Part shown: positions 1-9,065 of the stretch, one piece after another
Position numbering within the stretch: position 1 is the first letter of the stretch
Layout of the letters: every line of letters starts with the position of its first letter
Source: an uncultured Planctomycetia bacterium
Lineage (GTDB): Bacteria > Omnitrophota > Gorgyraeia > Tantalellales > Tantalellaceae
Reading direction: 5' to 3'
Assembly: GCA_964409365.1 (NCBI GenBank)
Contig: CAYPCX010000001.1
Span: forward strand, 202,075 to 266,074
Length of the DNA stretch: 64,000 bases
Notes under the pieces: generated by a model
Database searches by the model: none
The model's input: the letters and a program-made list of their open reading frames with translations, nothing else
Told to the model about the DNA's origin: nothing
Translations under genes and position numbers: made by a program

Positions 1-765
1 TACATCAACCTCCGCCCCGTGAAACTTTACCCGGGCGTATGGACCCCGGTTAAGGACAAGGAGCCGGAACATATCGACTTTGTCGTGGTGCGCGAGAACA
101 CCGAAGGCTTGTATTCCGGTGCGGGCGGTATACTCAAAGAAGGAACGCCCGATGAAGTTGCGCTCCAGACATCGATCAATACCCGCAAAGGCGTGGAAAG
201 GTGTCTTAAGTATGCTTTTGAATACACGAAGAAGCGCAATAAGGAGAATAAGCTGACCCTGGTCGGGAAGACGAACGTTCTTACATACGGTTTTGGTCTC
301 TGGGAAAGGGCTTTCAACGAGATGGCGAAAGATTATCCTTCGATAACGACCGATTATGCGCACGTTGACGCCACCTGCATGTGGATGATCAAGAACCCGG
401 AATGGTTCGACGTCATCGTCACGGATAATATGTTCGGTGATATTATAACGGACCTCGGCGCGATGGTCCAGGGCGGTATGGGTATCGCCGCCGGAGGGAA
501 CATCAATCCTGAAGGCGTGTCCATGTTCGAACCCATAGGCGGTTCGGCGCCGAAGTATACCGGCAAGAACGTTATCAATCCGCTTGCCGCGATATGCGCG
601 GGCGGCGTAATGATGCTGGAAGAGATCGGCGAGAGTAAGGCGGCCGCGATGGTGGAAAAGGCCGTTATGGATGTGACCGCCAACAAGCTGAAAAGCCTTT
701 CGGCGGGAAAGATGGGATACTCAACGACAGAGGTGGGAGACCTAGTAGTTAAAGCATTACGATAA
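1..765 (+). CDS. Isocitrate/isopropylmalate dehydrogenase family protein, 5'-truncated at window edge
   Basis: The reading frame is open from base 1 (YINLRPVKLYPG...). Motifs NMFGDIITDLGAMVQGGMGIAAGGNI and FEPIGGSAPKYTGKNVINP are typical of beta-decarboxylating dehydrogenases (LeuB/Icd/tartrate DH family). Confidence 0.7.
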   Translation, partial: YINLRPVKLYPGVWTPVKDKEPEHIDFVVVRENTEGLYSGAGGILKEGTPDEVALQTSINTRKGVERCLKYAFEYTKKRNKENKLTLVGKTNVLTYGFGLWERAFNEMAKDYPSITTDYAHVDATCMWMIKNPEWFDVIVTDNMFGDIITDLGAMVQGGMGIAAGGNINPEGVSMFEPIGGSAPKYTGKNVINPLAAICAGGVMMLEEIGESKAAAMVEKAVMDVTANKLKSLSAGKMGYSTTEVGDLVVKALR

Positions 766-773
766 GAGTGGGG

Positions 774-838
774 ACTGAGGTTCTGGGGACACATCTGTAT
801 AAGCGCATGTAGACGAGCAGACGTGTCCCCAGAATATA
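774..838 (+). terminator. REP-like stem-loop terminator, family copy 1
   Basis: Stem TTCTGGGGACACaTCTG ... CAGACGTGTCCCCAGAA is followed by a T-rich run. The same about 65-nt element recurs at four other sites. Confidence 0.6.
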
Positions 839-859
839 TTTTTTATTTGAGGAAATATC

Positions 860-1909
860 ATGATGAAGAAGAAGGAATGTTACAATGTGGCGGTGATGGG
901 CGCGACCGGAGCGGTCGGTGCGCAGTTCCTGTCGATACTGGAAGAAAGGGACTTTCCTATAGATGAGATCCGTCTTCTTGCCAGCGAGAGATCTCTTGGC
1001 AAGAAACTGGTCTTCAGAGGAAAGGAGCATGAGGTGCAGGTGCTCGGGGAAGACTCTTTCGGCGGGATCGATATAGTTCTCGCTTCAGCCGGGGCCTCGA
1101 GGAGCAAAGAGTTCCTGCCGTCCGCTGTTGAAGCCGGCGCGGTCTGCGTGGATAATTCAAGCGCGTTCCGCATGGATGAGGATGTGCCCCTTGTAGTACC
1201 GGAAGTTAACCCGCATGCCATCGAAAAGCATAAAGGTATCATAGCCAACCCCAACTGTTCCACTATACAGATGGTTCTCCCCTTATGCGCTATACACAAT
1301 GCCGCGCGCATGAAAAGGGTCGTCGTTACCACTTACCAGTCCGTCTCAGGGGCCGGACAAAAGAACATACGCGAGATGGAGAGCCAGGTAATGGCCCTGA
1401 GCAAAAAAAAGACCCATTTCGGTGTAGGAGAACATAATATCTCCGCCGAGATGGTAAAAGAATTTCCGCATCAGATAGCATACAACCTGATACCGCACAT
1501 AGACGTTTTCCTGGAGAACTTTTACACCAAAGAAGAGATGAAGATGGTCAACGAGACCCGCAAGATCATGGAGCTTGAGGGTCTTCCGGTCACCGCGACC
1601 TGTGTGCGTGTGCCTGTCTACTACGCCCATTCTGAAAGCGTGAACGTCGAGACCGAGAAAAAGCTTACCCGTGAAGAAGTGATAGACCTCCTGAAGGGTT
1701 TTCCGGGGGTCATTGTTGTCGACGATCCTTCCGGAGCGAAGTATCCTATGCCGATAGACGCCGAAGGCAGGGACGAGGTCTTCGTGGGACGCATCAGGGA
1801 GGACGACTCCGTCGCCAACGGCATCAATCTGTGGGTCGTCGCCGACAACCTGAGAAAAGGCGCCGCTCTCAACGCGATCCAGATCGCGGAACACCTTATT
1901 ACCCGCTGA
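860..1909 (+). CDS. asd: Aspartate-semialdehyde dehydrogenase
   Basis: N-terminal NAD-binding VAVMGATGAVG and the active-site motif NPNCSTIQMV. Full length is 349 aa. Confidence 0.9.
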   Translation: MMKKKECYNVAVMGATGAVGAQFLSILEERDFPIDEIRLLASERSLGKKLVFRGKEHEVQVLGEDSFGGIDIVLASAGASRSKEFLPSAVEAGAVCVDNSSAFRMDEDVPLVVPEVNPHAIEKHKGIIANPNCSTIQMVLPLCAIHNAARMKRVVVTTYQSVSGAGQKNIREMESQVMALSKKKTHFGVGEHNISAEMVKEFPHQIAYNLIPHIDVFLENFYTKEEMKMVNETRKIMELEGLPVTATCVRVPVYYAHSESVNVETEKKLTREEVIDLLKGFPGVIVVDDPSGAKYPMPIDAEGRDEVFVGRIREDDSVANGINLWVVADNLRKGAALNAIQIAEHLITR

Positions 1910-1910
1910 C

Positions 1911-2010
1911 GATGACAAGTTACAGAAGTCAGATGACAGAAGTCAGATTATCTGTTCTCTGTTTTCTGACCCCTGACTTCTGTTATCTGACATCTGTCTT
2001 CTGTCCTCTG
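1911..2010. repeat. Purine-rich/pyrimidine-rich mirrored hairpin element (GACAGAAG / CTTCTGTC family)
   Basis: The left half consists of cagaagtcagatgacagaagtcagat repeats. The right half consists of ctgttctctgttttctga...atctgtcttctgtcctctg. The element lies between the asd stop and the truA start. Confidence 0.6.
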
Positions 2011-2015
2011 AGAAC

Positions 2016-2750
2016 ATGCGTAATATCAAGTTGACGATAAGTTACGACGGTACGGGCTACAAAGGCTGGCAGGTCCAGGCCAACGGCACGACCGTCCAGG
2101 AAGTCCTCGAGAAAGCCATAGAGAAGGTCTCGGGCAGGCACTACCGTGTTCATGGCGCCAGCCGTACGGATGCCGGTGTTCACGCCAACGCGCAGGTCGC
2201 TCATTTCAAGACGCGATCCGCGATACCCGTCGGGAAAATACCCGTTGCGCTGAATGCCGTTCTTCCCGGGGACGTGGCCGTGGTCCGGGCCGAGGAAGTG
2301 CCGGAAGATTTTCACTCACGTTTCGACGCAAGATCGAAAATATACAGGTACTACGTGATGAATTCGGACAACAGGGACCCTTTCAGGGAAAAATATTCAT
2401 GGAGACTGCCGTACAATCTCAACGTGTCGCTGATGAAAAGGGAAGCTGCCAGGCTTCTCGGACGGCACGATTTCAGGTCCTTCCAGGCGAAAGATAAGAG
2501 GGAAAGGTCCTCGGTACGGAAAGTCTGTCGTATCGGTATCAAAAAGAAGAAAGATATTATAACAATCGAAATAGAAGCCGACGGTTTCGTGTACAATATG
2601 GCGCGGAATATCGTAGGAACGCTCATCGATATCGGAAGAGGGTACATGCCCCAAGGCAGCATGAAAAAGATACTGGGTACCAGGGACCGTACGACAGCGG
2701 GCCCGACGGCCCCGGCCAAAGGCCTCTTTCTCGTAGAAGTCAAATACTAA
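2016..2750 (+). CDS. truA: tRNA pseudouridine(38-40) synthase
   Basis: ISYDGTGYKGWQVQ and the RTDAGVHA catalytic Asp motif. Length is about 244 aa. Confidence 0.9.
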   Translation: MRNIKLTISYDGTGYKGWQVQANGTTVQEVLEKAIEKVSGRHYRVHGASRTDAGVHANAQVAHFKTRSAIPVGKIPVALNAVLPGDVAVVRAEEVPEDFHSRFDARSKIYRYYVMNSDNRDPFREKYSWRLPYNLNVSLMKREAARLLGRHDFRSFQAKDKRERSSVRKVCRIGIKKKKDIITIEIEADGFVYNMARNIVGTLIDIGRGYMPQGSMKKILGTRDRTTAGPTAPAKGLFLVEVKY

Positions 2751-2810
2751 CCCCACCCAAATAGCTAACTTTTTACATATTAACAATATTGTGTAACCCT
2801 TTTTCTTTTC

Positions 2811-2839
2811 TTGACAAGTATTTTATCTTGTTATATACT
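2811..2839 (+). promoter_or_regulatory. Sigma70-like promoter (TTGACA - 17 nt - TATACT)
   Basis: A consensus -35 and a near-consensus -10 sit 36 nt upstream of the small ORF at 2875. Confidence 0.45.
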
Positions 2840-2874
2840 TTCCCTATACTTGTTACATAAAAAGAGATCGCGCC

Positions 2875-3054
2875 ATGATAAGAAAACTCAGGTTCAAGTT
2901 CTACGCTACGGTTTCGGACAGGGGACAGATCTTTATCCCGAAAGTCCTTCAGGATTATTTCGGGATAAGGAATAGGGATAAAGTGGTTTTTAAAGTGCAG
3001 GATGACGGAAGTGTCGTATTTGAAAAGAAGAAGGGAGAAAAGGATGGGCAATAG
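2875..3054 (+). CDS. AbrB/MazE (SpoVT-AbrB swapped-hairpin) family small DNA-binding protein, 59 aa
   Basis: The pattern RGQIFIPKVLQDYFGIRNRDKVVFKVQDDGSVVFEKK matches the AbrB/MazE consensus (GRvvIP..lr..LgI..gD.l.i..dd.kiil.k). It is absent from the ORF track because it is shorter than 60 aa. Confidence 0.5.
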   Translation: MIRKLRFKFYATVSDRGQIFIPKVLQDYFGIRNRDKVVFKVQDDGSVVFEKKKGEKDGQ

Positions 3055-3223
3055 TAAACTGCACTCGCATAGGGTCACTCTGGGTGAAAGGCGAAGATCG
3101 AACAAGAAGAGAAGTGACATGCTCCGGAAGGGGGTGGATAAAGGGGAGCTCCAGCAAGTGTTCAACACTTATTACAAGGACCAGGTCAAGGCCTTGTACA
3201 GAGCCATTTTTAGAAATAAATAA
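3044..3223 (+). CDS. Small basic hypothetical protein (59 aa), overlapping the upstream AbrB-like gene by 11 nt
   Basis: ATG at 3044 is preceded by GGGAG. The product is rich in Arg/Lys. No family was recognised. Confidence 0.35.
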   Translation: MGNSKLHSHRVTLGERRRSNKKRSDMLRKGVDKGELQQVFNTYYKDQVKALYRAIFRNK

Positions 3224-3295
3224 TACTACGTATTTCGAGATATTCCTTAACCGGCGTTTGGTCAGCTGAGCGTTTGAGGGGCTTTTAAAGCCATT

Positions 3296-3391
3296 ACGGG
3301 AGAGCACAGAGTATCCCGTGCTCAAACAGTTTTTGCCCAGCGGCAGGAGCGACAGCAAAAAAACTGCGCCGGGACACTCTGTGCTATCCCG
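3296..3391. repeat. Long imperfect inverted repeat (about 21-bp arms, about 50-nt loop)
   Basis: GGGAGAGCACAGAGTATCCCG ... CGGGACACTCTGTGCTATCCCG, with two mismatches. It lies between the small cassette and the rplM promoter. Confidence 0.4.
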
Positions 3392-3468
3392 GATCAGCTA
3401 AAGAGCCCCGCTCAATACAGCTTAAACACCGGCAAGCAATATCCTGTAAAATCCCGCTATATTATTTA

Positions 3469-3497
3469 TTGACAAAACCCCCCAAATATGTTATTTT
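3469..3497 (+). promoter_or_regulatory. Sigma70-like promoter for the rplM-rpsI operon (TTGACA - 17 nt - TATTTT)
   Basis: Consensus -35 with a 17-nt spacer. It lies 55 nt upstream of the rplM start. A GGAGAG ribosome-binding site sits 6 nt before the ATG. Confidence 0.5.
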
Positions 3498-3552
3498 GAC
3501 AACTCTGAATTCCTTGTAATTAAAGGAGTATTAGCGTTTTTGGAGAGAATAG

Positions 3553-3981
3553 ATGAAGACCAAGCTGTTAAAACATAATGAAGCGGGGCACGAGTGGTAT
3601 ATCGTGGATGTGTCCGACAAAGTGCTCGGCAGGGCCGCGACTCAGATAGCCACGCTGTTAAGCGGTAAGTACCGCCCTGATTTCACGCCTCACGTGGACG
3701 GCGGGGCGGGGGTCATAGTCATCAATTGCGAGAAGGTAAGGGTGACCGGCAAAAAACCGGTCCAGAAGGTCTACAAAAGGTACTCGGGATATCCGGGCGG
3801 CCTTAAAGAGACCCCTTACAGCGAGATGTTCGAAAAGGACCCTAAATACGTTGTAAGGCACGCGGTCAAAGGCATGCTCCCGAAGAACAAGCTCGGGTCG
3901 AGGATGCTGAAGCGTCTTAAGTTGTATACCGGCGCGGAACATTCTCACGCGGCACAGAAACCTAAGGAAAAAAAGATATAG
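3553..3981 (+). CDS. rplM: 50S ribosomal protein L13
   Basis: Start HEWYIVDV... and the GRAATQIA...GVIVINCEKV signature. Length is 142 aa. Confidence 0.95.
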   Translation: MKTKLLKHNEAGHEWYIVDVSDKVLGRAATQIATLLSGKYRPDFTPHVDGGAGVIVINCEKVRVTGKKPVQKVYKRYSGYPGGLKETPYSEMFEKDPKYVVRHAVKGMLPKNKLGSRMLKRLKLYTGAEHSHAAQKPKEKKI

Positions 3982-3996
3982 GACAAAGAGGCACTG

Positions 3997-4392
3997 ATGG
4001 GAGAACTGGTAGAATTTGTGGCTGTAGGCAGACGTAAAGAATCGGTGGCAAGGGTCAGGATACGGCCTGGAAAAGGCCAGATCAAGGTCAACCGCAGGGG
4101 ATTCGATGATTATTTCCCCAGGGAGACGGACAGAATAATCGTCATGCAGCCGTTCAACACGACGGGTACCGCCGAAAAGTTCGACGTTCTGGCAAACGTC
4201 TCAGGCGGAGGGATCAGCGGTCAGGCGGGAGCGCTTCGCCACGGGATCGCGAGAGCCCTCTTGAAGAGCGATGACAACCTCAGGATCACCCTGAAGAAAG
4301 CGGGTTTTCTTACCAGGGATCCGAGGGCGAAAGAACGCAAGAAGTACGGCAAAAAACGCGCCCGTAAAAGTTTCCAGTTCTCAAAACGTTAG
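3997..4392 (+). CDS. rpsI: 30S ribosomal protein S9
   Basis: [12 protein letters not shown] and the C-terminal [17 protein letters not shown]. Length is 131 aa. Confidence 0.95.
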   Translation: MGELVEFVAVGRRKESVARVRIRPGKGQIKVNRRGFDDYFPRETDRIIVMQPFNTTGTAEKFDVLANVSGGGISGQAGALRHGIARALLKSDDNLRITLKKAGFLTRDPRAKERKKYGKKRARKSFQFSKR

Positions 4393-4418
4393 TCAGATTT
4401 ATCCGGAGAGGTTGCAAA

Positions 4419-4450
4419 GCAGGTCGCGTTTCCCGCGACCTGCTTTTTTT
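4419..4450 (+). terminator. Rho-independent terminator
   Basis: GCAGGTCGCG-tttcc-CGCGACCTGC followed by TTTTTTT. Confidence 0.7.
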
Positions 4451-4602
4451 ATATATGAGCCCATTGCGGGGAATAGGGGATATAAGTATTGACACGGTAA
4501 ATCTTTTATTTTATACTTTCCCTTTCAGCGGGATTTATTAATAACTATTACACATAAGCAAAGTTATATAAAAGGGCGGCACAGCCCTGAAAGGAAGATA
4601 CC

Positions 4603-5616
4603 ATGATAAAGGTCGGAGTTGTAGGGGCGACAGGGTATACCGGCGAAGAACTGGTGGACGTGCTTTTGCGCAACCCGGAAGTGGATATTACCGCGCTTGC
4701 CGCGCTAGTGGAAGAGGAAGCCCCTTTTTCAGAGATATATCCGCGATTCGAAAAGAAACTGTCGCTTGTCTGCAAGAACCTGGACGTGGAAGAAGTGGCC
4801 GCTGCCTGTGAACTCGTGTTCTTGGCTCTTCCGCATACCGTGTCCATGGAGATCGCGCCGATGTTCCTTAAAAAAGGGAAGAGAGTGATAGATCTCAGCG
4901 CGGATTACCGTCTTCCCCGGGAACTGTACGAGAAATGGTATTCGACCAGGCACGATGACAAAGATAACCTCCATAAAGCGGTATACGGTCTTCCGGAGCT
5001 TAACAGGGAGGAGATAAAAGGGGCCTCGCTCGTGGCGAACCCGGGGTGTTACCCGACCGGTGTCATTCTGGCTCTTCTTCCTCTGGCAAAAGAGCTCGCA
5101 GAGGCGGGGCAGGACATAATAGTTGATTCGAAGAGCGGTGTGACCGGTGCCGGCAGAAAGGCTTCGATATCACTTTCTTTCGGCGAGTTGGACGAGAACT
5201 TCAAGTGTTACAGGGCGAACGAGCACCAGCATATCCCTGAGATGGAGCACGTGCTTTCACAGGCGGCTTCTTCCGAAGTGCGGGTGAATTTCACGCCGCA
5301 TCTCCTTCCGTTGAGGAGAGGGATATTATCAACGATATATATCCGGCACGAAGGGTTGCCGCCGGAAGATAAGATCCGGAAGATGTACGCAAACCGGTAT
5401 GCCGGCGAACCTTTCGTCCGCTTTATGTCCTCGGTGGATATGCCCCAGCTTTTGGGCGTCGCCGGTTCGAACTATTGCGACATAGGGTTAAAAGTGGCGC
5501 GCGGCATGCTGATAATAGTATCGGCCATAGACAATTTGCTCAAGGGTGCGAGCGGGCAGGCTGTCCAGAACATGAACATAATGTACGGCCTCGACGAGAA
5601 GACGGGGCTCTTATAA
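4603..5616 (+). CDS. argC: N-acetyl-gamma-glutamyl-phosphate reductase
   Basis: IKVGVVGATGYTGEEL and the active-site motif NPGCYPT. Length is 337 aa. Confidence 0.95.
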   Translation: MIKVGVVGATGYTGEELVDVLLRNPEVDITALAALVEEEAPFSEIYPRFEKKLSLVCKNLDVEEVAAACELVFLALPHTVSMEIAPMFLKKGKRVIDLSADYRLPRELYEKWYSTRHDDKDNLHKAVYGLPELNREEIKGASLVANPGCYPTGVILALLPLAKELAEAGQDIIVDSKSGVTGAGRKASISLSFGELDENFKCYRANEHQHIPEMEHVLSQAASSEVRVNFTPHLLPLRRGILSTIYIRHEGLPPEDKIRKMYANRYAGEPFVRFMSSVDMPQLLGVAGSNYCDIGLKVARGMLIIVSAIDNLLKGASGQAVQNMNIMYGLDEKTGLL

Positions 5617-5634
5617 TGTCGGAGCGGTGAGAAG

Positions 5635-6819
5635 ATGAACAAGTTGCCAAAGGGATTTTTTGCTAACGGCATCCATTGCGGCCTGAAAAAGAAGAGAAAA
5701 GACCTTGCGCTTTTCTATTCGGAGAAAGACTGCAAGGTGTCGGCGCTTTTTACCACTAACGTGGTAAAGGCCGCCCCGGTGATCCTGGGAATAGAGGCCG
5801 TTCGTAAGAAGAAGCCCGTAAAAGCGGTTTTGATAAACAGCGGGAACGCCAATTGTATGACCGGTTCGCGTGGTCTCGAGGACGCCAGGGATATGGCGGC
5901 CATGGCCGCGAAAGAGCTCGGTGTTCCTAAAACAGCGGTACTTGTCTCATCGACAGGGGTAATAGGCCAAGCGATGCCGATGGAGCCCTTTGAAAAAGGG
6001 ATCCACCGGCTTGTGAGGGGGCTTTCACGATCGGGACTTCATGACGCGGCCGAAGGGATAATAACGACCGACCGGTTCCCGAAGAAGATGACACGCACGT
6101 TCACCGCGGGCGGTAAGACGGTGACGATGACCGGTGTGGCGAAAGGCGCGGGGATGATACACCCGAACATGGCCACGATGCTCTGTTATGTCATGACGGA
6201 CGCGAACATAACGAAAAAAGCAATGGACAAGGCGCTTTTTTCGAGTGCGGAGGTATCTTTCAATGCCATTACCGTCGACGGGGACATGAGCACGAACGAT
6301 ACGGTCATGCTTCTCGCGAACGGAGAGGCCGGGAACAGGGTGATAGGAAATAGCGGCCGTGATCTTGCCGTGTTCCAGGAGAATCTCGACCAGGTCATGA
6401 AAGAGCTGGCGAAGATGATCGTCCGGGACGGTGAAGGCGCGAGCAAATTCATTGAAGTGCACGTAAAAGGCGCCAGGACGAAGACGGGAGCGAAAAAAGC
6501 GGCCGAAGCAATAGCAAGTTCCATGCTCGTCAAGTGCGCCGTTCAGGGAGGCGACCCCAACTGGGGGCGTATAGCTTCCTCGGTAGGTTCCAGCGGTATC
6601 CGGTTCGATCCGGACAAAATGGAGATAAAGATGGACGGCGTGACTTTTTTCAAAAAGGGGAGTGTGGTCTCTTCGAGAGAAGAGGAAACGGGGCACGTTT
6701 TCAAGGGGAAAGACGTTTCGATAGAAGTGAACCTTCATCGCGGGAAGAGCGAAGCTACGTTCTGCAGCTGCGATATCTCGAAAAGATATATCACGCTTAA
6801 CTCGTATTATACGACATGA
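5635..6819 (+). CDS. argJ: Bifunctional glutamate N-acetyltransferase / amino-acid acetyltransferase
   Basis: The self-cleavage-site region ATMLCYVMTDANI. Length is 394 aa. Confidence 0.95.
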   Translation: MNKLPKGFFANGIHCGLKKKRKDLALFYSEKDCKVSALFTTNVVKAAPVILGIEAVRKKKPVKAVLINSGNANCMTGSRGLEDARDMAAMAAKELGVPKTAVLVSSTGVIGQAMPMEPFEKGIHRLVRGLSRSGLHDAAEGIITTDRFPKKMTRTFTAGGKTVTMTGVAKGAGMIHPNMATMLCYVMTDANITKKAMDKALFSSAEVSFNAITVDGDMSTNDTVMLLANGEAGNRVIGNSGRDLAVFQENLDQVMKELAKMIVRDGEGASKFIEVHVKGARTKTGAKKAAEAIASSMLVKCAVQGGDPNWGRIASSVGSSGIRFDPDKMEIKMDGVTFFKKGSVVSSREEETGHVFKGKDVSIEVNLHRGKSEATFCSCDISKRYITLNSYYTT

Positions 6820-6820
6820 T

Positions 6821-6868
6821 TCAGAAGACAGAAAACAGATTATCTGACATCTGTCTTCTGTTATCTGG
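6821..6868. repeat. R/Y mirrored hairpin (CAGAAGACAGA ... TCTGTCTTCTG), same family as 1911-2010
   Basis: An 11-bp perfect stem immediately after the argJ stop. Confidence 0.6.
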
Positions 6869-6891
6869 AACAAGGCAGTAACGAGGTTGGA

Positions 6892-7746
6892 ATGGAAGAA
6901 GCGATCAAGAAAAGCGAAGTCCTGATAGAAGCGCTGCCTTATATCAAGCAGTTCTTCAACAAGGTAGTGGTGATAAAGTACGGCGGCAGCGCCCTGCATA
7001 ACATGCAGGTCCGCGATATGGTGCTGCAGGATATCGTCTTCATGCGGTATGCCGGCATGAAGCCCGTGCTTGTCCACGGAGGAGGCCCCAATATCACGGA
7101 GCGCCTTAAGGAAGCGGACATCGAGACGAAGTTCGTCGACGGGTTGAGGGTGACCTGTGAAAGGTCCATGGGAGTCGTTGATTCCGTTCTTATGGAGGTG
7201 AACAAGGCTCTCGTCCGGGAGATAAACGAGCTTGGAGGAGAGGCGTTCGGCCTCAGCGGGAAAGAGAACAGCATGATACAGGCGGCGAAACGTGCGGGCC
7301 CGGACCTGGGATATGTCGGGAGCGTCGAAGCGATCGATACTACCATACTGAACCGGCTTATCAATACCAATATTATCCCCGTGGTATGCCCCGTAGGGAA
7401 AGGCAAGGACGATAAGCTTTATAACGTAAACGCGGACGAGGCGGCCAGCAGCCTGGCGATAGCTCTGGACGCGGAAAAGTTCGTCGTGTTGACGAACGTG
7501 CGCGGGGTCATGAAGGACATGGAAGACCCGGGTACCCTTTTCCATTCGCTGACGATGGAGACGGCCGACCATCTTATTGAGACAGGCGTGATAGAAGGGG
7601 GTATGGTGCCTAAGACAAAGGCATGTCTCCACGCGATGAAGGGAGGCGTGAGAAAGTCGCATATAGTCGATGCGAACCTTTCCCATGCGCTGCTTCTCGA
7701 GATATTCACTGACGAGGGAATAGGTACGGAGATCATACATGGATAA
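6892..7746 (+). CDS. argB: Acetylglutamate kinase
   Basis: VIKYGGSAL, LVHGGGP and NVNADEAA motifs. Length is 284 aa. Confidence 0.95.
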   Translation: MEEAIKKSEVLIEALPYIKQFFNKVVVIKYGGSALHNMQVRDMVLQDIVFMRYAGMKPVLVHGGGPNITERLKEADIETKFVDGLRVTCERSMGVVDSVLMEVNKALVREINELGGEAFGLSGKENSMIQAAKRAGPDLGYVGSVEAIDTTILNRLINTNIIPVVCPVGKGKDDKLYNVNADEAASSLAIALDAEKFVVLTNVRGVMKDMEDPGTLFHSLTMETADHLIETGVIEGGMVPKTKACLHAMKGGVRKSHIVDANLSHALLLEIFTDEGIGTEIIHG

Positions 7747-7747
7747 T

Positions 7748-7862
7748 ACTGAGGTTCTGGGGACACGTCTGTGTAGACAACATGTAAACGACAAAACTGA
7801 GGTTCTGGGGACACGTCTGTGTAGACAACATGTAAACGACCAGACGTGTCCCCAGAATATAT
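7748..7862 (+). terminator. REP-like terminator, tandem (left-arm half copy plus complete copy)
   Basis: actgaggttctggggacacgtctgtgtagacaacatgtaaacgac occurs twice. Only the second copy is completed by cagacgtgtccccagaatatatttc. Confidence 0.6.
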
Positions 7863-7883
7863 TTCTAGATCGACGAGGATAAC

Positions 7884-9065
7884 ATGGATATGAACGGGGT
7901 CAAGAAGTTATATGATGAGTATGTGCTGTCTACATATACCCGGCAGGATATATGCCTGGTGAAAGCTGACGGCATCTGGGTAGAGGATATCGAGGGAAAG
8001 AGATACCTGGATTTTTTCCCGGGCTGGGCCGTGAGCGGCATAGGGCATCGTCATCCCCGGGTGGTCCGCAGGCTGAGAGAACAGATGGACAGGATACTGC
8101 ACGTGTCCAATAATTTCTACAACGATGTCCAGCCGGTGATCGCCGAAAAGATAATAAAGCATTCTTTTCCGGGCAAGGTGTTCTTCTGCAACAGCGGCGC
8201 CGAGGCGAACGAGGGCGCGATAAAGCTCGCGCGCCGTTACGGGAAAGGCTCAAGATACGAGATCATCACGATGGAGCAGTCTTTTCACGGACGGACGCTG
8301 GCCACGTTAACGGCTACGGGGCAGGAAAAGGTCAAGAAGGGTTTTTCACCGCTTCCGGCAGGGTTCAAGCATGTCCCCTTTAACGACATAGACGCTTTTC
8401 TGGCGGCCGTGACCGAAAAAACGGTCGCCGTTATAGTGGAACCCATACAGGGGGAAGGCGGGATAAACGTCGCCGATGATAAATATATGCGGTCATTAAG
8501 CGATATCTGCCGGGATAAGGACATGCTGCTGATGGTCGACGAAGTACAGACCGGCATGGGCCGTACGGGGAAGATGTTCGCCTACCAGCATTACGGGGTA
8601 GAGCCGGACGTCATGACCCTGGCCAAGTCGCTCGGAGGGGGTCTGCCGATCGGGGCGCTGGTCGTGGGTTCGAAGCACGCTGACGTCCTGCCGCCCGGTT
8701 CTCATGCTTCGACCTTCGGCGGGAGCCCGATAGTCTCCGCCGCCGCGCTCGGGGTATTCGAAGCTATAGAGGAAGAAGGCCTTCTCGAGAACGCGATCGA
8801 AATGGGAAAGTATCTGGTCGGGAAACTGAACGGGTTGAAGGAAAGATACCCGTCGATAGAGACCGTCAAGGGCAAGGCGCTGATGGTGGGCGTGAAACTG
8901 GCCGTGGAGGACGCTTCCTTCCTGGCCGAGGAATGCGCGAAAGAAGGACTTTTGATAAACTGCACGCAGAAGAACGTACTGCGTATCATGCCCTCGTTGA
9001 CAGTAACTGAAAAGGATGTCGATGAGGCCGTGAACAGGCTTTCAAAAGCATTGGAGAAGATATGA
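7884..9065 (+). CDS. argD: Acetylornithine aminotransferase
   Basis: Class-III aminotransferase motifs FFCNSGAEANE and LLMVDEVQTGMGRTG. Length is 393 aa. Confidence 0.9.
   Translation: MDMNGVKKLYDEYVLSTYTRQDICLVKADGIWVEDIEGKRYLDFFPGWAVSGIGHRHPRVVRRLREQMDRILHVSNNFYNDVQPVIAEKIIKHSFPGKVFFCNSGAEANEGAIKLARRYGKGSRYEIITMEQSFHGRTLATLTATGQEKVKKGFSPLPAGFKHVPFNDIDAFLAAVTEKTVAVIVEPIQGEGGINVADDKYMRSLSDICRDKDMLLMVDEVQTGMGRTGKMFAYQHYGVEPDVMTLAKSLGGGLPIGALVVGSKHADVLPPGSHASTFGGSPIVSAAALGVFEAIEEEGLLENAIEMGKYLVGKLNGLKERYPSIETVKGKALMVGVKLAVEDASFLAEECAKEGLLINCTQKNVLRIMPSLTVTEKDVDEAVNRLSKALEKI

Noticed and set aside
2773-3358. Minus-strand ORFs of 131 aa and 122 aa in the truA-rplM gap.
   Set aside because: They overlap the better-supported plus-strand small cassette and promoter elements, and they have no start context or motifs.
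6025-7794. A 589-aa ORF on the minus strand.
   Set aside because: It is antisense to argJ and argB, which have unambiguous plus-strand homology. Long antisense ORFs are expected in 55% GC coding DNA. The product is Arg/His-rich with no motif.
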